Assembly: GCA_039794085.1 (NCBI GenBank)
Contig: JBDIWC010000041.1
Coordinates: 1 to 36,930 of the forward strand
DNA length: 36,930 nt
Direction of reading: 5' to 3'
DNA from: Gemmatimonadales bacterium
Lineage (GTDB): Bacteria; Gemmatimonadota; Gemmatimonadetes; Gemmatimonadales; GWC2-71-9
Shown here: positions 16,735 to 24,555 of the stretch, one piece after another
Position numbering within the stretch: position 1 is the stretch's first letter
Layout of the letters: every line of letters starts with the position of its first letter
The notes under the pieces: generated by a model
Database searches by the model: none
What the model saw: only the letters and a program-made list of their open reading frames with translations
What the model was told of the DNA's origin: nothing
Made by a program: the position numbers and the translations under genes

Positions 16735-17037
16735 GTAGGCCCGCAGAGCCGGAACCACCGAGGCACCTCGGGGTTTCGCGTGGGTTTTCTTCGGCATGGG
16801 TTCCGGTCCTGCCCGAGTACCTCTCCCCACAGGCCCAGAGCCAACCACAAGAAGCACAAAAGGCACAGAAACCTCTCTCGCCCTTGGTGGGACCCTGCGC
16901 ACCGAGGTGTGCCTCTTGTGTTTTTGTGGCCATCCCCCTCGCACGGCGTAGCCGTGGCGATCTACGTGTCTGTGGGGGGCCGGAGTTGCCCAAAGGATTG
17001 TTGCCGGCTTGTGTCCAATCTTGTCCGTAAAGGGACT
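16735..17037 (-). mobile_element. Non-autonomous element copy 3 (diverged)
   Basis: Reverse-complement R (GCAGAGCCGGAACCACCGAGG) near 16743 and reverse-complement L (...CAATCTTGTCCGTAAAGGGACT) ending at 17037; interior similar to copies 4 and 5. Confidence 0.7.
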
Positions 17038-17048
17038 ATGTCCTATGT

Positions 17049-17362
17049 CCTAAGCCGGCACAGCCGGAACCAAACAGGCGCCTCGGGGTCGCGCATGGGT
17101 TTTCTTCGGCATGGGTTCCGGTCCTGCCCGAGTACCTCTCCCCACCCCCAGAGCCAACCACAAGAAGCACAAAAGGCACAGAAACCTCTTCGCCCCTGGT
17201 GGCCCCCATGCGCCCCGTGGTGTGCCTCTTGTGACTTCTGTGCTTTTTGTGGCCATTCCCCTTGCACGGCGCGGCCGAGGCGATCGACGTGTCTGACGGG
17301 GGGGGCGGGAGATGCCCAAAAGATTGTCGCCGTTTTGTGTTCAATCTTGTCCGTAAGGGACT
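17049..17362 (-). mobile_element. Non-autonomous element copy 4, in tandem with copy 3
   Basis: CCTAAGCCGGCACAGCCGGAACCAAA at 17049; GCCCAAAAGATTGTCGCCGTTTTGTGTTCAATCTTGTCCGTAAGGGACT at 17314-17362 is the exact reverse complement of the copy 1 L end. Confidence 0.8.
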
Positions 17363-17390
17363 ATGTCCTATGTCCTATGTCCTATGTCCT
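17361..17390 (-). repeat. Heptamer tandem array (ACATAGG on the minus strand); also at 16721-16734 and 17036-17050
   Basis: ctatgtc repeated four times. Confidence 0.8.
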
Positions 17391-18503
17391 GACTTCCAAC
17401 GGGTCCTCCAGGAACTCCCGCAACACCGATGCTGCCACCGGCATGGTCCCGTGCTGGTCGCCGGGGTGGGCCCGGCCGATTGCCTCGATGAAGCTGAAGC
17501 GAATCTCCTGATCGCGGTTCTTCTTGTCGCGGGTCATGGCGGTGACGAGATCCTCCGGGGCGAGCGAGGCGGGGAGGGAGACGGGGAGACCCGCGGCCGT
17601 GAGCAGAGCGGCGAGGCGAGGGGCGACGGTGGAGTCGGCGAGTCCCAGGCGGGTGGCGAGCCGAGCCTCGAGCACGAGGCCGATGGCCACCGCTTCGCCG
17701 TGAAGGAGGGACCACTCCGACAGGAGTTCGACCGCGTGGCCGATGGTGTGACCGGCGTTCAGGGCGGCCCGGAGTCCGGCCTCATGCTCGTCGGCCTCGA
17801 CGATTTCCGCCTTGATGCGCACGCTTCCCGCCACCACGTGCTGCAGGACATCGCTGTCCCGGGCCAGGACCCCGGGGATCATCCTCTCCACCCGAGCGAA
17901 ATACTCGCCGCTCGAGATGGCGCCATGCTTGACCGCCTCGGCGAGGCCGGCGCGCAGGTGGCGATCCGGGAGGGTCCGGAGCACCTCGACATCGGCCACG
18001 ACAGCCACCGGGGGGTGGAATGCACCGACCAGGTTCTTCCCGGCCGGGGTGTCGACTCCGGTTTTTCCGCCGATCGAGGCGTCGATCATGGCGAGGAGGG
18101 TGGTGGGCACCTGGAGCACGGGGATGCCTCGCTGCCAGGTCGCGGCGACGAAACCCGCCAGGTCCCCCACCATGCCGCCGCCGATCGCGATGACCGCGCC
18201 GTCGCGGCCCACCCCTCGCTCGGCCAAAGCATCGCTCAGGCGGGCCCACTCCTCCCGGGTCTTGGATCCCTCGCCCGGGGGCACCAGAAGGGGTGGGGGG
18301 GAAGACCAGGCGGGGGGGACGTACCGCTCCACCGCGGCATCGGCGATGACGGCGAGGGACCGGCCGGGCAGGTGCCGAGCCGCGAGGGCGGGGAGGTCGG
18401 CCAGGAGACCCGCGCCGACGTGGACCGGGTAGCGTCCTGCCGCATGCCGAACCGTGAGGAGGGGGACCGGGGGAGCGTCCTCCGCTCTACCAGGTGACGT
18501 CAC
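17382..18503 (-). CDS. aroB: 3-dehydroquinate synthase
   Basis: GGGMVGDLAGFVAATWQRG, PTTLLAMIDASIGGKTG, KNLVGAFHPP, LNAGHTIGHAVE, LHGEAVAIG, DKK; GTG 18503 chosen as start. Confidence 0.95.
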   Translation of the reverse strand: MTSPGRAEDAPPVPLLTVRHAAGRYPVHVGAGLLADLPALAARHLPGRSLAVIADAAVERYVPPAWSSPPPLLVPPGEGSKTREEWARLSDALAERGVGRDGAVIAIGGGMVGDLAGFVAATWQRGIPVLQVPTTLLAMIDASIGGKTGVDTPAGKNLVGAFHPPVAVVADVEVLRTLPDRHLRAGLAEAVKHGAISSGEYFARVERMIPGVLARDSDVLQHVVAGSVRIKAEIVEADEHEAGLRAALNAGHTIGHAVELLSEWSLLHGEAVAIGLVLEARLATRLGLADSTVAPRLAALLTAAGLPVSLPASLAPEDLVTAMTRDKKNRDQEIRFSFIEAIGRAHPGDQHGTMPVAASVLREFLEDPLEVRT

Positions 18504-19032
18504 CAGCGCCCTCACGATGGTTTGACACCCGGGCCAGGACAAACAGCAGGTCGGAGAGCCGGTTCAGGTAGACCAGAAAGAGCTCGGGGACCTCCTGGTC
18601 CGCCGCGAGCGCCACGACGCTCCGTTCGGCGCGCCGGCAGACGGTACGGGCCAGATGGAGCGCCGCCGCCTTCGGGGTTCCGGCCGGAAGCACAAAGGCC
18701 CGGAGGGCGGGGAGCTCCTCGTCGGCCGCGTCCATGGCAGCCTCGAACTCGAGGATGCGGTCGCCGGAGAGGGTGGCCTTTTCCAGGGCCTCCCGCACCC
18801 GCTCCGGCTCAGGAGTGGCCAGATGCCCGCCGATGGAAAAGAGATCCCGCTGGATCGTTTCGAGGAGGGTGTCGTAGAACTCGATCGGCTCGGTGGCCCG
18901 GACCAGTCCGAGGACGGCGTTGAGTTCGTCCACGTCCCCGTAGGCCGCGACGCGGGGGTGATGCTTGGGCACTCGGCCCCCGCCAAAGAGGGCGGTGTCG
19001 CCGGTGTCGCCGGTGCGGGTGTAGATGCGCAT
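18487..19032 (-). CDS. pduO: ATP:cob(I)alamin adenosyltransferase, PduO type
   Basis: MRIYTRTGDTGDT, AYGDVDELNA, ARTVCRRAER, YLNRLSDLLFVLAR. Confidence 0.93.
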   Translation of the reverse strand: MRIYTRTGDTGDTALFGGGRVPKHHPRVAAYGDVDELNAVLGLVRATEPIEFYDTLLETIQRDLFSIGGHLATPEPERVREALEKATLSGDRILEFEAAMDAADEELPALRAFVLPAGTPKAAALHLARTVCRRAERSVVALAADQEVPELFLVYLNRLSDLLFVLARVSNHREGAGDVTW

Positions 19033-19074
19033 GGGACCAAGATACTCGGGAGGTGGTGGGGGGAGGGAGGGAGG

Positions 19075-19176
19075 AGGACATAGGACATAGGACATAGGAC
19101 CTAGGACCTAGGACGGTAGGACAGAGGACAGTAGGACAGTAGGACAGAGGACAGAGGACAGAGGACAGAGGACAGT
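19075..19176 (+). repeat. Heptamer tandem array drifting from AGGACAT through AGGACCT to AGGACAG
   Basis: About 14 consecutive aggac-based units, read directly. Confidence 0.85.
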
Positions 19177-19395
19177 AGTCCCTTACGGACAAGATGGAAC
19201 ACAAAACGGCGGCAATCCTCTGGGCAACTCCCGACCTCCCCCAGGCACGTCGATCGCAACTGCCGCGCCGTGCGAGGGGGGATGGCCACAAAAAGCACAG
19301 AAGTCACAAGAGGCACATCTCGGGGGCGCGTGGGGGCCCACCAAAGGCGAGAGAGGTTTCTGTGCCTTTTGTGCTTCTTGTGGTTGGCTTTGGGC
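19177..19395 (+). mobile_element. Non-autonomous element copy 5 (L end plus interior; R end missing)
   Basis: AGTCCCTTACGGACAAGATGGAACACAAAACGGCGGCAATCCTCTGGGC; interior inverted repeat GCCACAAAAAGCACAGAAGTCACAAGAGGCACA / TGTGCCTTTTGTGCTTCTTGTGGTT shared with copies 3 and 4. Confidence 0.75.
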
Positions 19396-19449
19396 ACCCA
19401 CTCCCCAACACCCAGTACCCACTCCCCAACACCCAATCTCCGACGCGGG

Positions 19450-19851
19450 TCACTCCCAGAGGACGGGAACGCCACCCCAGGCGTGCAGGCGCTGGTCGGC
19501 CGTGATCAGGGTGGCGCCCAGGCCGAGCGCCGTGGCCGCGATGATCCGATCGGCGGGATCGCGGTGGGGAAAATCGGAGAGCTGCACCGCCCGCAGGGCC
19601 ACGGCGTTGTCGACGGGGACGAAGCGGAGGACCTGGAGAGCCGCGTTCCGGTCGAGCCAGGTGCTGACATCGAGTGTGAGGGTGAGTCGCTCGCGCTGCA
19701 CGAGCATGGCCACTTCCCAGACACTGATGGCGGAGATGGCGAGGGTTCCCTCCTCGGCCACCGTGTCGTCAATCCGCCTGCGGGCCGCGGCAGGGAGACG
19801 ATCCGGCGCCCCCACCCACCAGACCCACGCGTGGGTGTCGAGGAGGATCAC
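19450..19851 (-). CDS. vapC: PIN-domain (VapC) toxin
   Basis: ILLDTHAWVWW, ISAISVWEVAML, HRDPADRIIAATA, LITAD; GTGA overlap with the antitoxin. Confidence 0.93.
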   Translation of the reverse strand: MILLDTHAWVWWVGAPDRLPAAARRRIDDTVAEEGTLAISAISVWEVAMLVQRERLTLTLDVSTWLDRNAALQVLRFVPVDNAVALRAVQLSDFPHRDPADRIIAATALGLGATLITADQRLHAWGGVPVLWE

Positions 19852-20081
19852 TCCGCCACTTCCCATTCGGCGTCCGCCACAGGCTCCGTAGGGTCGTCGT
19901 AACGGACCACAGTGTCGCGGAGGAGGCTCAGGCCGGCCAGGGGATCTTCCCGGAAGGGGACGAGCTTCAGGACAGGCGTACCGCGGTCGGTGATGATGAG
20001 GGGAACACCGGTTTGCTCCACCTGACGGAAGAGCTCCAGGGCGTGCGCCTTGAACCGGGATTTGGAGACGGCGTTGGACAT
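19848..20081 (-). CDS. Phd/YefM-family antitoxin
   Basis: VSKSRFKAHALELFRQVEQTGVPLIITDRGTPVLKLVP; directly upstream of the PIN toxin. Confidence 0.9.
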   Translation of the reverse strand: MSNAVSKSRFKAHALELFRQVEQTGVPLIITDRGTPVLKLVPFREDPLAGLSLLRDTVVRYDDPTEPVADAEWEVAE

Positions 20082-20085
20082 TGAG

Positions 20086-20113
20086 ATGACTGTGGACATA
20101 TGACCATGGTCAA
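20086..20113. promoter_or_regulatory. Tandem palindromic TA operator
   Basis: ATGACTGTGGACAT plus ATGACCATGGTCAA (perfect TGACCATGGTCA at 20101-20112), overlapping a minus-strand TTGACC just upstream of the antitoxin ATG. Confidence 0.7.
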
Positions 20114-20148
20114 TATCAACCATTCCACCGATCCTCGCCAGGGGGGAC

Positions 20149-20228
20149 TGGGTGTTGGGTTTTGGGTGCTGGGTACTGGGCATTGGCCCCAACACCCGCT
20201 CCCCAACACCCAACGCCCAGAACCCCAG
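20149..20228. repeat. Inverted pair of heptamer arrays (TGGGTGT / ACACCCA)
   Basis: tgggtgt tgggttt tgggtgc tgggtac tgggcat ... ccccaac acccgct ccccaac acccaac gcccaga. Confidence 0.75.
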
Positions 20229-20274
20229 CGACCATCGCCACCCAGACGACGGGAAGTGCTCCCGTGAGGTTCTC

Positions 20275-20300
20275 AGATCCCTCGCTCTGCTCGGGATGAC
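20275..20300 (-). repeat. Single REP-like unit GTCATCCCGAGCAGAGCGAGGGATCT
   Basis: Resembles, from memory, the widespread GTCATCCCGAGCGxAGCGAGGGATCT extragenic palindrome class; only one copy in the window. Confidence 0.5.
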
Positions 20301-20321
20301 GCTCCGATGGAGACCTGGGAC

Positions 20322-20449
20322 CCCGACTCCCGACTCCCGACTCCCATTCCCTTTCGATTGCCTACCGCCTACCGCCTATCGCCTACCGCCTATCGCCTAC
20401 CGCCTATCGCCTACCGCCTACCGCATATCGCCTACCGCCTATCGCCTAC
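20322..20449 (+). repeat. Heptamer arrays CCGACTC x3 and GCCTAYC x about 12
   Basis: Read directly; the dacB stop codon lies inside the array. Confidence 0.85.
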
Positions 20450-21994
20450 GATTGCCGCCACCACGCTGTCGATCCGGGCGATCATCGCCGATCCCCCCTG
20501 CAGGTGGTGATTGGCCAGGATCGAGATCACGAGGGGGCGACCGTCCTCCCGTTCGATGTACCCGCTCAGCGTGTTCACCGTCGAGATGCTCCCCGTCTTG
20601 GCCACGACCCGGCCTTCCAGCGGGGTGCCGACGAAGCGGGTGCGGAGCGAGCCGGGCCGTCCGCTTCGGGGCAGGCCCGCCGAGAAGACGGGCCAGCGCG
20701 GATGATCCCGGATCCAGGAGAGGAGCCGGGTCATGGCCGCGGGCGTCATGAAGTTGGTGGCCGAGAGTCCGGAGGCGTCGCGCAGGGCGAACGAAGTCGA
20801 ATCGAGTCCGACCGAATCGATGAGCCAGCGGCGTTCGAGGGCGAGTCCTCCGGTCCAGGTTCCCGCGCCCCCCGTCTGCCGGTCGAGCTGGCGCAGGAGC
20901 ATCTCCGCGAACCAGTTCTGGCTGGTGTTGAGCACGGGGAAGATCCAGTCGGAAAGGGGCCGCGACCAGGTTTCCGCCAGCGGAGGGTGTGATCGGGCCG
21001 TGCGGGTGGCGAGGGAGTCCCCTGTCGCGGTGGTGCTGCCGCGGACCACAATGCCGCGTTCGGCGAGCGCGGTGCGGAAGGCCAGCGCGGTGAAGCGGTC
21101 GGGGTCGGCGATGGCGGCGTAGACGCGACGGGTGCGGCCCGGCGGGAGGACGCCGGTCGCCACGAGTCGCCACGGGTGCTCCCCCGTGGGGGCCCAGTGG
21201 AGATCGAAGGTGAGGGATTCGCCGGGTGCTCCCGTGCGGGTCTGGTTGTCGAGCACGATCTCGGGCAGGGCCGGGTAGAGGGTGATGGCGGCGGGCGCGC
21301 CCGGCGAGGTGGGTGTGGCGGTCACATCGACGCTGTTGTCGTTGAAGCCGAGCCCCGTCACCGGCGCCGCGTACCACCAGGTGAGATCGGCGGTCTCCCA
21401 GGTGGGGTGGACCCGGGGGCCCTGGAACCAGCTCCCGTCTCCCACCAGATCCCCCTCCACCGCCGTGATGCCCCGCTCCGCGAGTCGATCCGCGAGATCC
21501 CGGAGGCGGTCGAGCGGGTCCCGGTCGCAGGCCCCGGTGCGGGTGGTGTCGGTGTCGTAGCAGCGGCGGCTCAGGGTCGGGTCGCCCCGGCCGTAGAGGA
21601 TCAGGTCGCCCTGGACCACCCCGTTCCGGACCGGACCGGAGGCGTACACGCTGGTGGCCACGCGCAGGGCGGGATCGAGGAGGGTGCTGGCGGCGCCGGC
21701 CACCACCAGCTTGGTGTTGCTCGCCAGGATGAAGAGGCGATCCGCGTTGCGAGCATACTCCAGGGTGCCGCGATCGCCGGTGAGGGCGATGCCCCAGAGG
21801 TGCCGGTCGAAGGGGGGAGCGTCGAGGAGCCGGTCGAGGGTGCTGACGGTGACCGGGGGCGGGAGCGCGACGGAGGAAGTCTGGGCGACGAGCGCGCTGC
21901 CCGGTCCGAGCAGGGCAAGGAGACCCAGGACCGACCTCGACGACCGGAGGAGGCGGCGATCACGAATGACGGATGCGGGGATCGATGCGGGCAT
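20432..21994 (-). CDS. dacB: D-Ala-D-Ala carboxypeptidase/endopeptidase PBP4 (peptidase S13)
   Basis: SxxK in ASNTKL, GDLILYGRGDPTL, SxN in SQN, DASGLS, KTG in AKTGSISTVNTLSGY; signal peptide. Start uncertain. Confidence 0.9.
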   Translation of the reverse strand: MPASIPASVIRDRRLLRSSRSVLGLLALLGPGSALVAQTSSVALPPPVTVSTLDRLLDAPPFDRHLWGIALTGDRGTLEYARNADRLFILASNTKLVVAGAASTLLDPALRVATSVYASGPVRNGVVQGDLILYGRGDPTLSRRCYDTDTTRTGACDRDPLDRLRDLADRLAERGITAVEGDLVGDGSWFQGPRVHPTWETADLTWWYAAPVTGLGFNDNSVDVTATPTSPGAPAAITLYPALPEIVLDNQTRTGAPGESLTFDLHWAPTGEHPWRLVATGVLPPGRTRRVYAAIADPDRFTALAFRTALAERGIVVRGSTTATGDSLATRTARSHPPLAETWSRPLSDWIFPVLNTSQNWFAEMLLRQLDRQTGGAGTWTGGLALERRWLIDSVGLDSTSFALRDASGLSATNFMTPAAMTRLLSWIRDHPRWPVFSAGLPRSGRPGSLRTRFVGTPLEGRVVAKTGSISTVNTLSGYIEREDGRPLVISILANHHLQGGSAMIARIDSVVAAIVGDRR

Positions 21995-22880
21995 AGAGAA
22001 GATCCGTGGCGAGGTTGACGAAGGCGAAGACCACGCTCAGAAAGAGGATGCTCCCCTGGATGGCGGGGAGATCCCGCTTGTCGATGGCGGTGAGAACATA
22101 GCGGCCGACGCCGGGCCAGGAGAAGATGGTCTCGGTGAGGATGCTGCCGGTGAGGTAACTCCCGAAGTCGAGCCCGATGAGGGTGACGATGACCAGCATC
22201 CCGTTCCGGAGACCGTGCCGCCCGACGACGGTCCATTCCGAGAGGCCCTTGGCCCGGGCGGTCCGGATGTAATCGCTGGCGAGGATCTCCCGCATCGAGG
22301 CGCGGGTCATGCGGGCCAGGAAGGCCACCGAGCGCATGCCGAGGGTGACGGCGGGGAGAACGAGCCAGGCGAATCCTCCCGATCCGGAGGGAGGAAACCA
22401 CCGGAGGGACACCGCGAAGACCAGGATCAGGACCAGTCCCACCCAGTAGACCGGAAAGGAGACGCCGGCGTAGGCCCCGAGGGTGACCATCCGGTCCACC
22501 AGGGTGCCGGGACGCCAGGCGCCCCACAGTCCGATGCCGACGCCGACGGTCGTGGCCAGCAGCATCGCCGCGGTCGCGAGTTGGAGGGTGGCGGGGAACC
22601 GCTCCAGGAGGTCGGTCAGGATCGGGCGGTTGGTGATGTAGGAGCGGCCGAGGTCGCCCTGGAGCACGCCGGCGGCATAGTGACCGAAGCGGGTGGTGAC
22701 GGGATCGTCGAGTCGCAGTTCGGCGCGGAGCCGCGCCACGGTGACGGAATCGGATCGCTCGCCCACCATGGCCTGCACCGGATCCCCGGGGGCAAGGAAG
22801 AGGAGGACAAAGGTCACCACCAGGACGCCGGCCAGGGTCGGCACCAGGAGGGCGAGGCGGAGCAGCAGGTAGCGGGTCAC
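21960..22880 (-). CDS. Peptide/nickel ABC transporter permease (DppB/OppB-like)
   Basis: PGDPV, LQGDLGRSY, EAA loop DYIRTARAKGLSE, TETIFSWPGVG; GTGA overlap with the SBP gene. Confidence 0.93.
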   Translation of the reverse strand: MTRYLLLRLALLVPTLAGVLVVTFVLLFLAPGDPVQAMVGERSDSVTVARLRAELRLDDPVTTRFGHYAAGVLQGDLGRSYITNRPILTDLLERFPATLQLATAAMLLATTVGVGIGLWGAWRPGTLVDRMVTLGAYAGVSFPVYWVGLVLILVFAVSLRWFPPSGSGGFAWLVLPAVTLGMRSVAFLARMTRASMREILASDYIRTARAKGLSEWTVVGRHGLRNGMLVIVTLIGLDFGSYLTGSILTETIFSWPGVGRYVLTAIDKRDLPAIQGSILFLSVVFAFVNLATDLLYARIDPRIRHS

Positions 22881-24418
22881 GGACGGATCTGCGCCTCCTG
22901 CCAGCGCTGACCGGTGAAGAGGGCCGGGATCCGCCACCCCGTGACCTCGGGTCGCATGGCCCAGACATCCACCGGAAACCAGGCGAAGATCCAGGGGGCG
23001 AGGGCGTGAATCCGCGCGTCGATGCGGCGGAACCGCGCCGCCGTCTCGGCGGGGTCGCCGAGGGTGCGGGCCGAATCGAGGGCGGCGTCCAGGACCGGGT
23101 CGGCGAGGAAGGCGAGGTTGCCCCCGGTGCCCGCGTTACGGGAGTGGAAGAGGGGCCAGGTGAAGTTCTCGGCGTCGGGGTAGTCGCCGTACCAGTCGGT
23201 GAGGAAGAGGTCGGCCTCGCCATTTCGTGCCGCGGCACGGGCGCTCGACGCGTCGCGCTCCACGATCTCCACCCGGATGCCCACGTCTCCCAATTGCTGT
23301 TGCAGCGCCTGGGCGATGCGGCTGTAGACCGGACGCGGGGTGCGCCAGAGTTGCAGGGAGAGACCGTCAGGGTGACCCGCCTCCGCCAGCAGGGCGCGGG
23401 CCCGTGCCGGGTCGTGGCCCCAGGGTGTCCGGGTGCTGTCATGACCGGCCAGGCCGGGCGGGATGGCCCCGGCCGAGAGAACGCCTCGGCCCGCCGCCAC
23501 CGTCTCCAGAATCACCGGCATGTTGACGGCGTGGTTGAGGGCCTGACGGACTCGGACATCGGCCAGGGGACCGCGCCGGGTGTTGATGGCGACATAGAGC
23601 ACCCGAAGCGCGGTGCGTCGCTGCAGTTCGCCGGCGTGGGTGGATTCCCAGCGACGGGTTTCGCCGAAGGGAACCTCCACCACGCTCAGGCCACCGGCCT
23701 CGTACTCGGCGGCCTGGGTCAACGGTTCGGGGATGATCCGGATGCGGAGCGAGTCGGCGGCGGGGACGGTGCCCCAGTACGCCTCGTTCCGGGCCAGGAG
23801 GAGGGCGTCGTCGTGGGCCCAGTCGACAAAACGCCAGGGGCCGCTCCCGATGGGGTGCTCCTGGAAGTCGGCGGGGAGCGGGATCGGGACGATGGCGGCG
23901 ACCGGCATGGCCAGGAACTGGAGGAAGATGTTGAGCGGCTCGGCGAGGGTGATGGTCACGGTGGAATCGTCGGGCGCCGAGAGGCCCTCGATGCGGGAGG
24001 CGGATCCCGCCGTGAAAGCCGGAGCCCCGGCGATGGGATCGAGAGGCCAGCTCCGCCCGCCACTGCTTCCGGCGGCGAGGACCCGCTCGAAGGATCCGAT
24101 CACGTCGGAGGCCCGGACCGGGCGGCCGTCGTGGAAGGTGGCGTCGGTGCGGAGATGGAAGGTGTAGTGAAGGCCGCTCGGGTCGATGTCCCACCGCCGA
24201 GCGAGGCCCGGGACGATCTCTCCCTCGGGATTGGTCTGCACGAGGTTGTCGAAGAGGAGGACGATCGATTCTCCGGTCGGGACATCGGTGGAGAGAGCCG
24301 GATCAAGCGAGCGGGGATCGGAGCTGAAGAAATAGGTGAGGGTCCCGGGGGAGCCTCCCGAGCCGCAGGCACTGAGGGTGAGGAGCAGGAGCGCAAGCAG
24401 GGAAGTGTCAAAACGCAT
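22877..24418 (-). CDS. Peptide ABC transporter substrate-binding lipoprotein (family 5, DppA/OppA-like)
   Basis: Lipobox LSA-C, SLDPA, YTFHLRTDATFHDG, PIGSGPW, DVRVRQALNHAVN. Confidence 0.93.
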   Translation of the reverse strand: MRFDTSLLALLLLTLSACGSGGSPGTLTYFFSSDPRSLDPALSTDVPTGESIVLLFDNLVQTNPEGEIVPGLARRWDIDPSGLHYTFHLRTDATFHDGRPVRASDVIGSFERVLAAGSSGGRSWPLDPIAGAPAFTAGSASRIEGLSAPDDSTVTITLAEPLNIFLQFLAMPVAAIVPIPLPADFQEHPIGSGPWRFVDWAHDDALLLARNEAYWGTVPAADSLRIRIIPEPLTQAAEYEAGGLSVVEVPFGETRRWESTHAGELQRRTALRVLYVAINTRRGPLADVRVRQALNHAVNMPVILETVAAGRGVLSAGAIPPGLAGHDSTRTPWGHDPARARALLAEAGHPDGLSLQLWRTPRPVYSRIAQALQQQLGDVGIRVEIVERDASSARAAARNGEADLFLTDWYGDYPDAENFTWPLFHSRNAGTGGNLAFLADPVLDAALDSARTLGDPAETAARFRRIDARIHALAPWIFAWFPVDVWAMRPEVTGWRIPALFTGQRWQEAQIRP

Positions 24419-24555
24419 GACAGTCCATTTCCGATTCGGCCATGGTGGGACTCCGGGCGCGCGGGGCTCTGGTGACTGGAAACCTGCCAGTCGTCACGCC
24501 CGGCGAGTCCGCCGGTCCGGGTGGCGTAAGCCGAACAGACTACTAGATTTAGAGT

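Noticed and set aside
16735..17362. Integron attC cassette array
   Set aside because: No RYYYAAC/GTTRRRY box pairs, no cassette ORFs between repeats, and no integrase in the window
8516..19032. Photosynthesis or cobalamin biosynthesis cluster (chelatase-like ATPase plus adenosyltransferase)
   Set aside because: No bch/chl/cob pathway genes nearby; the ATPase is a generic ChlI/MoxR-like type and pduO is commonly stand-alone
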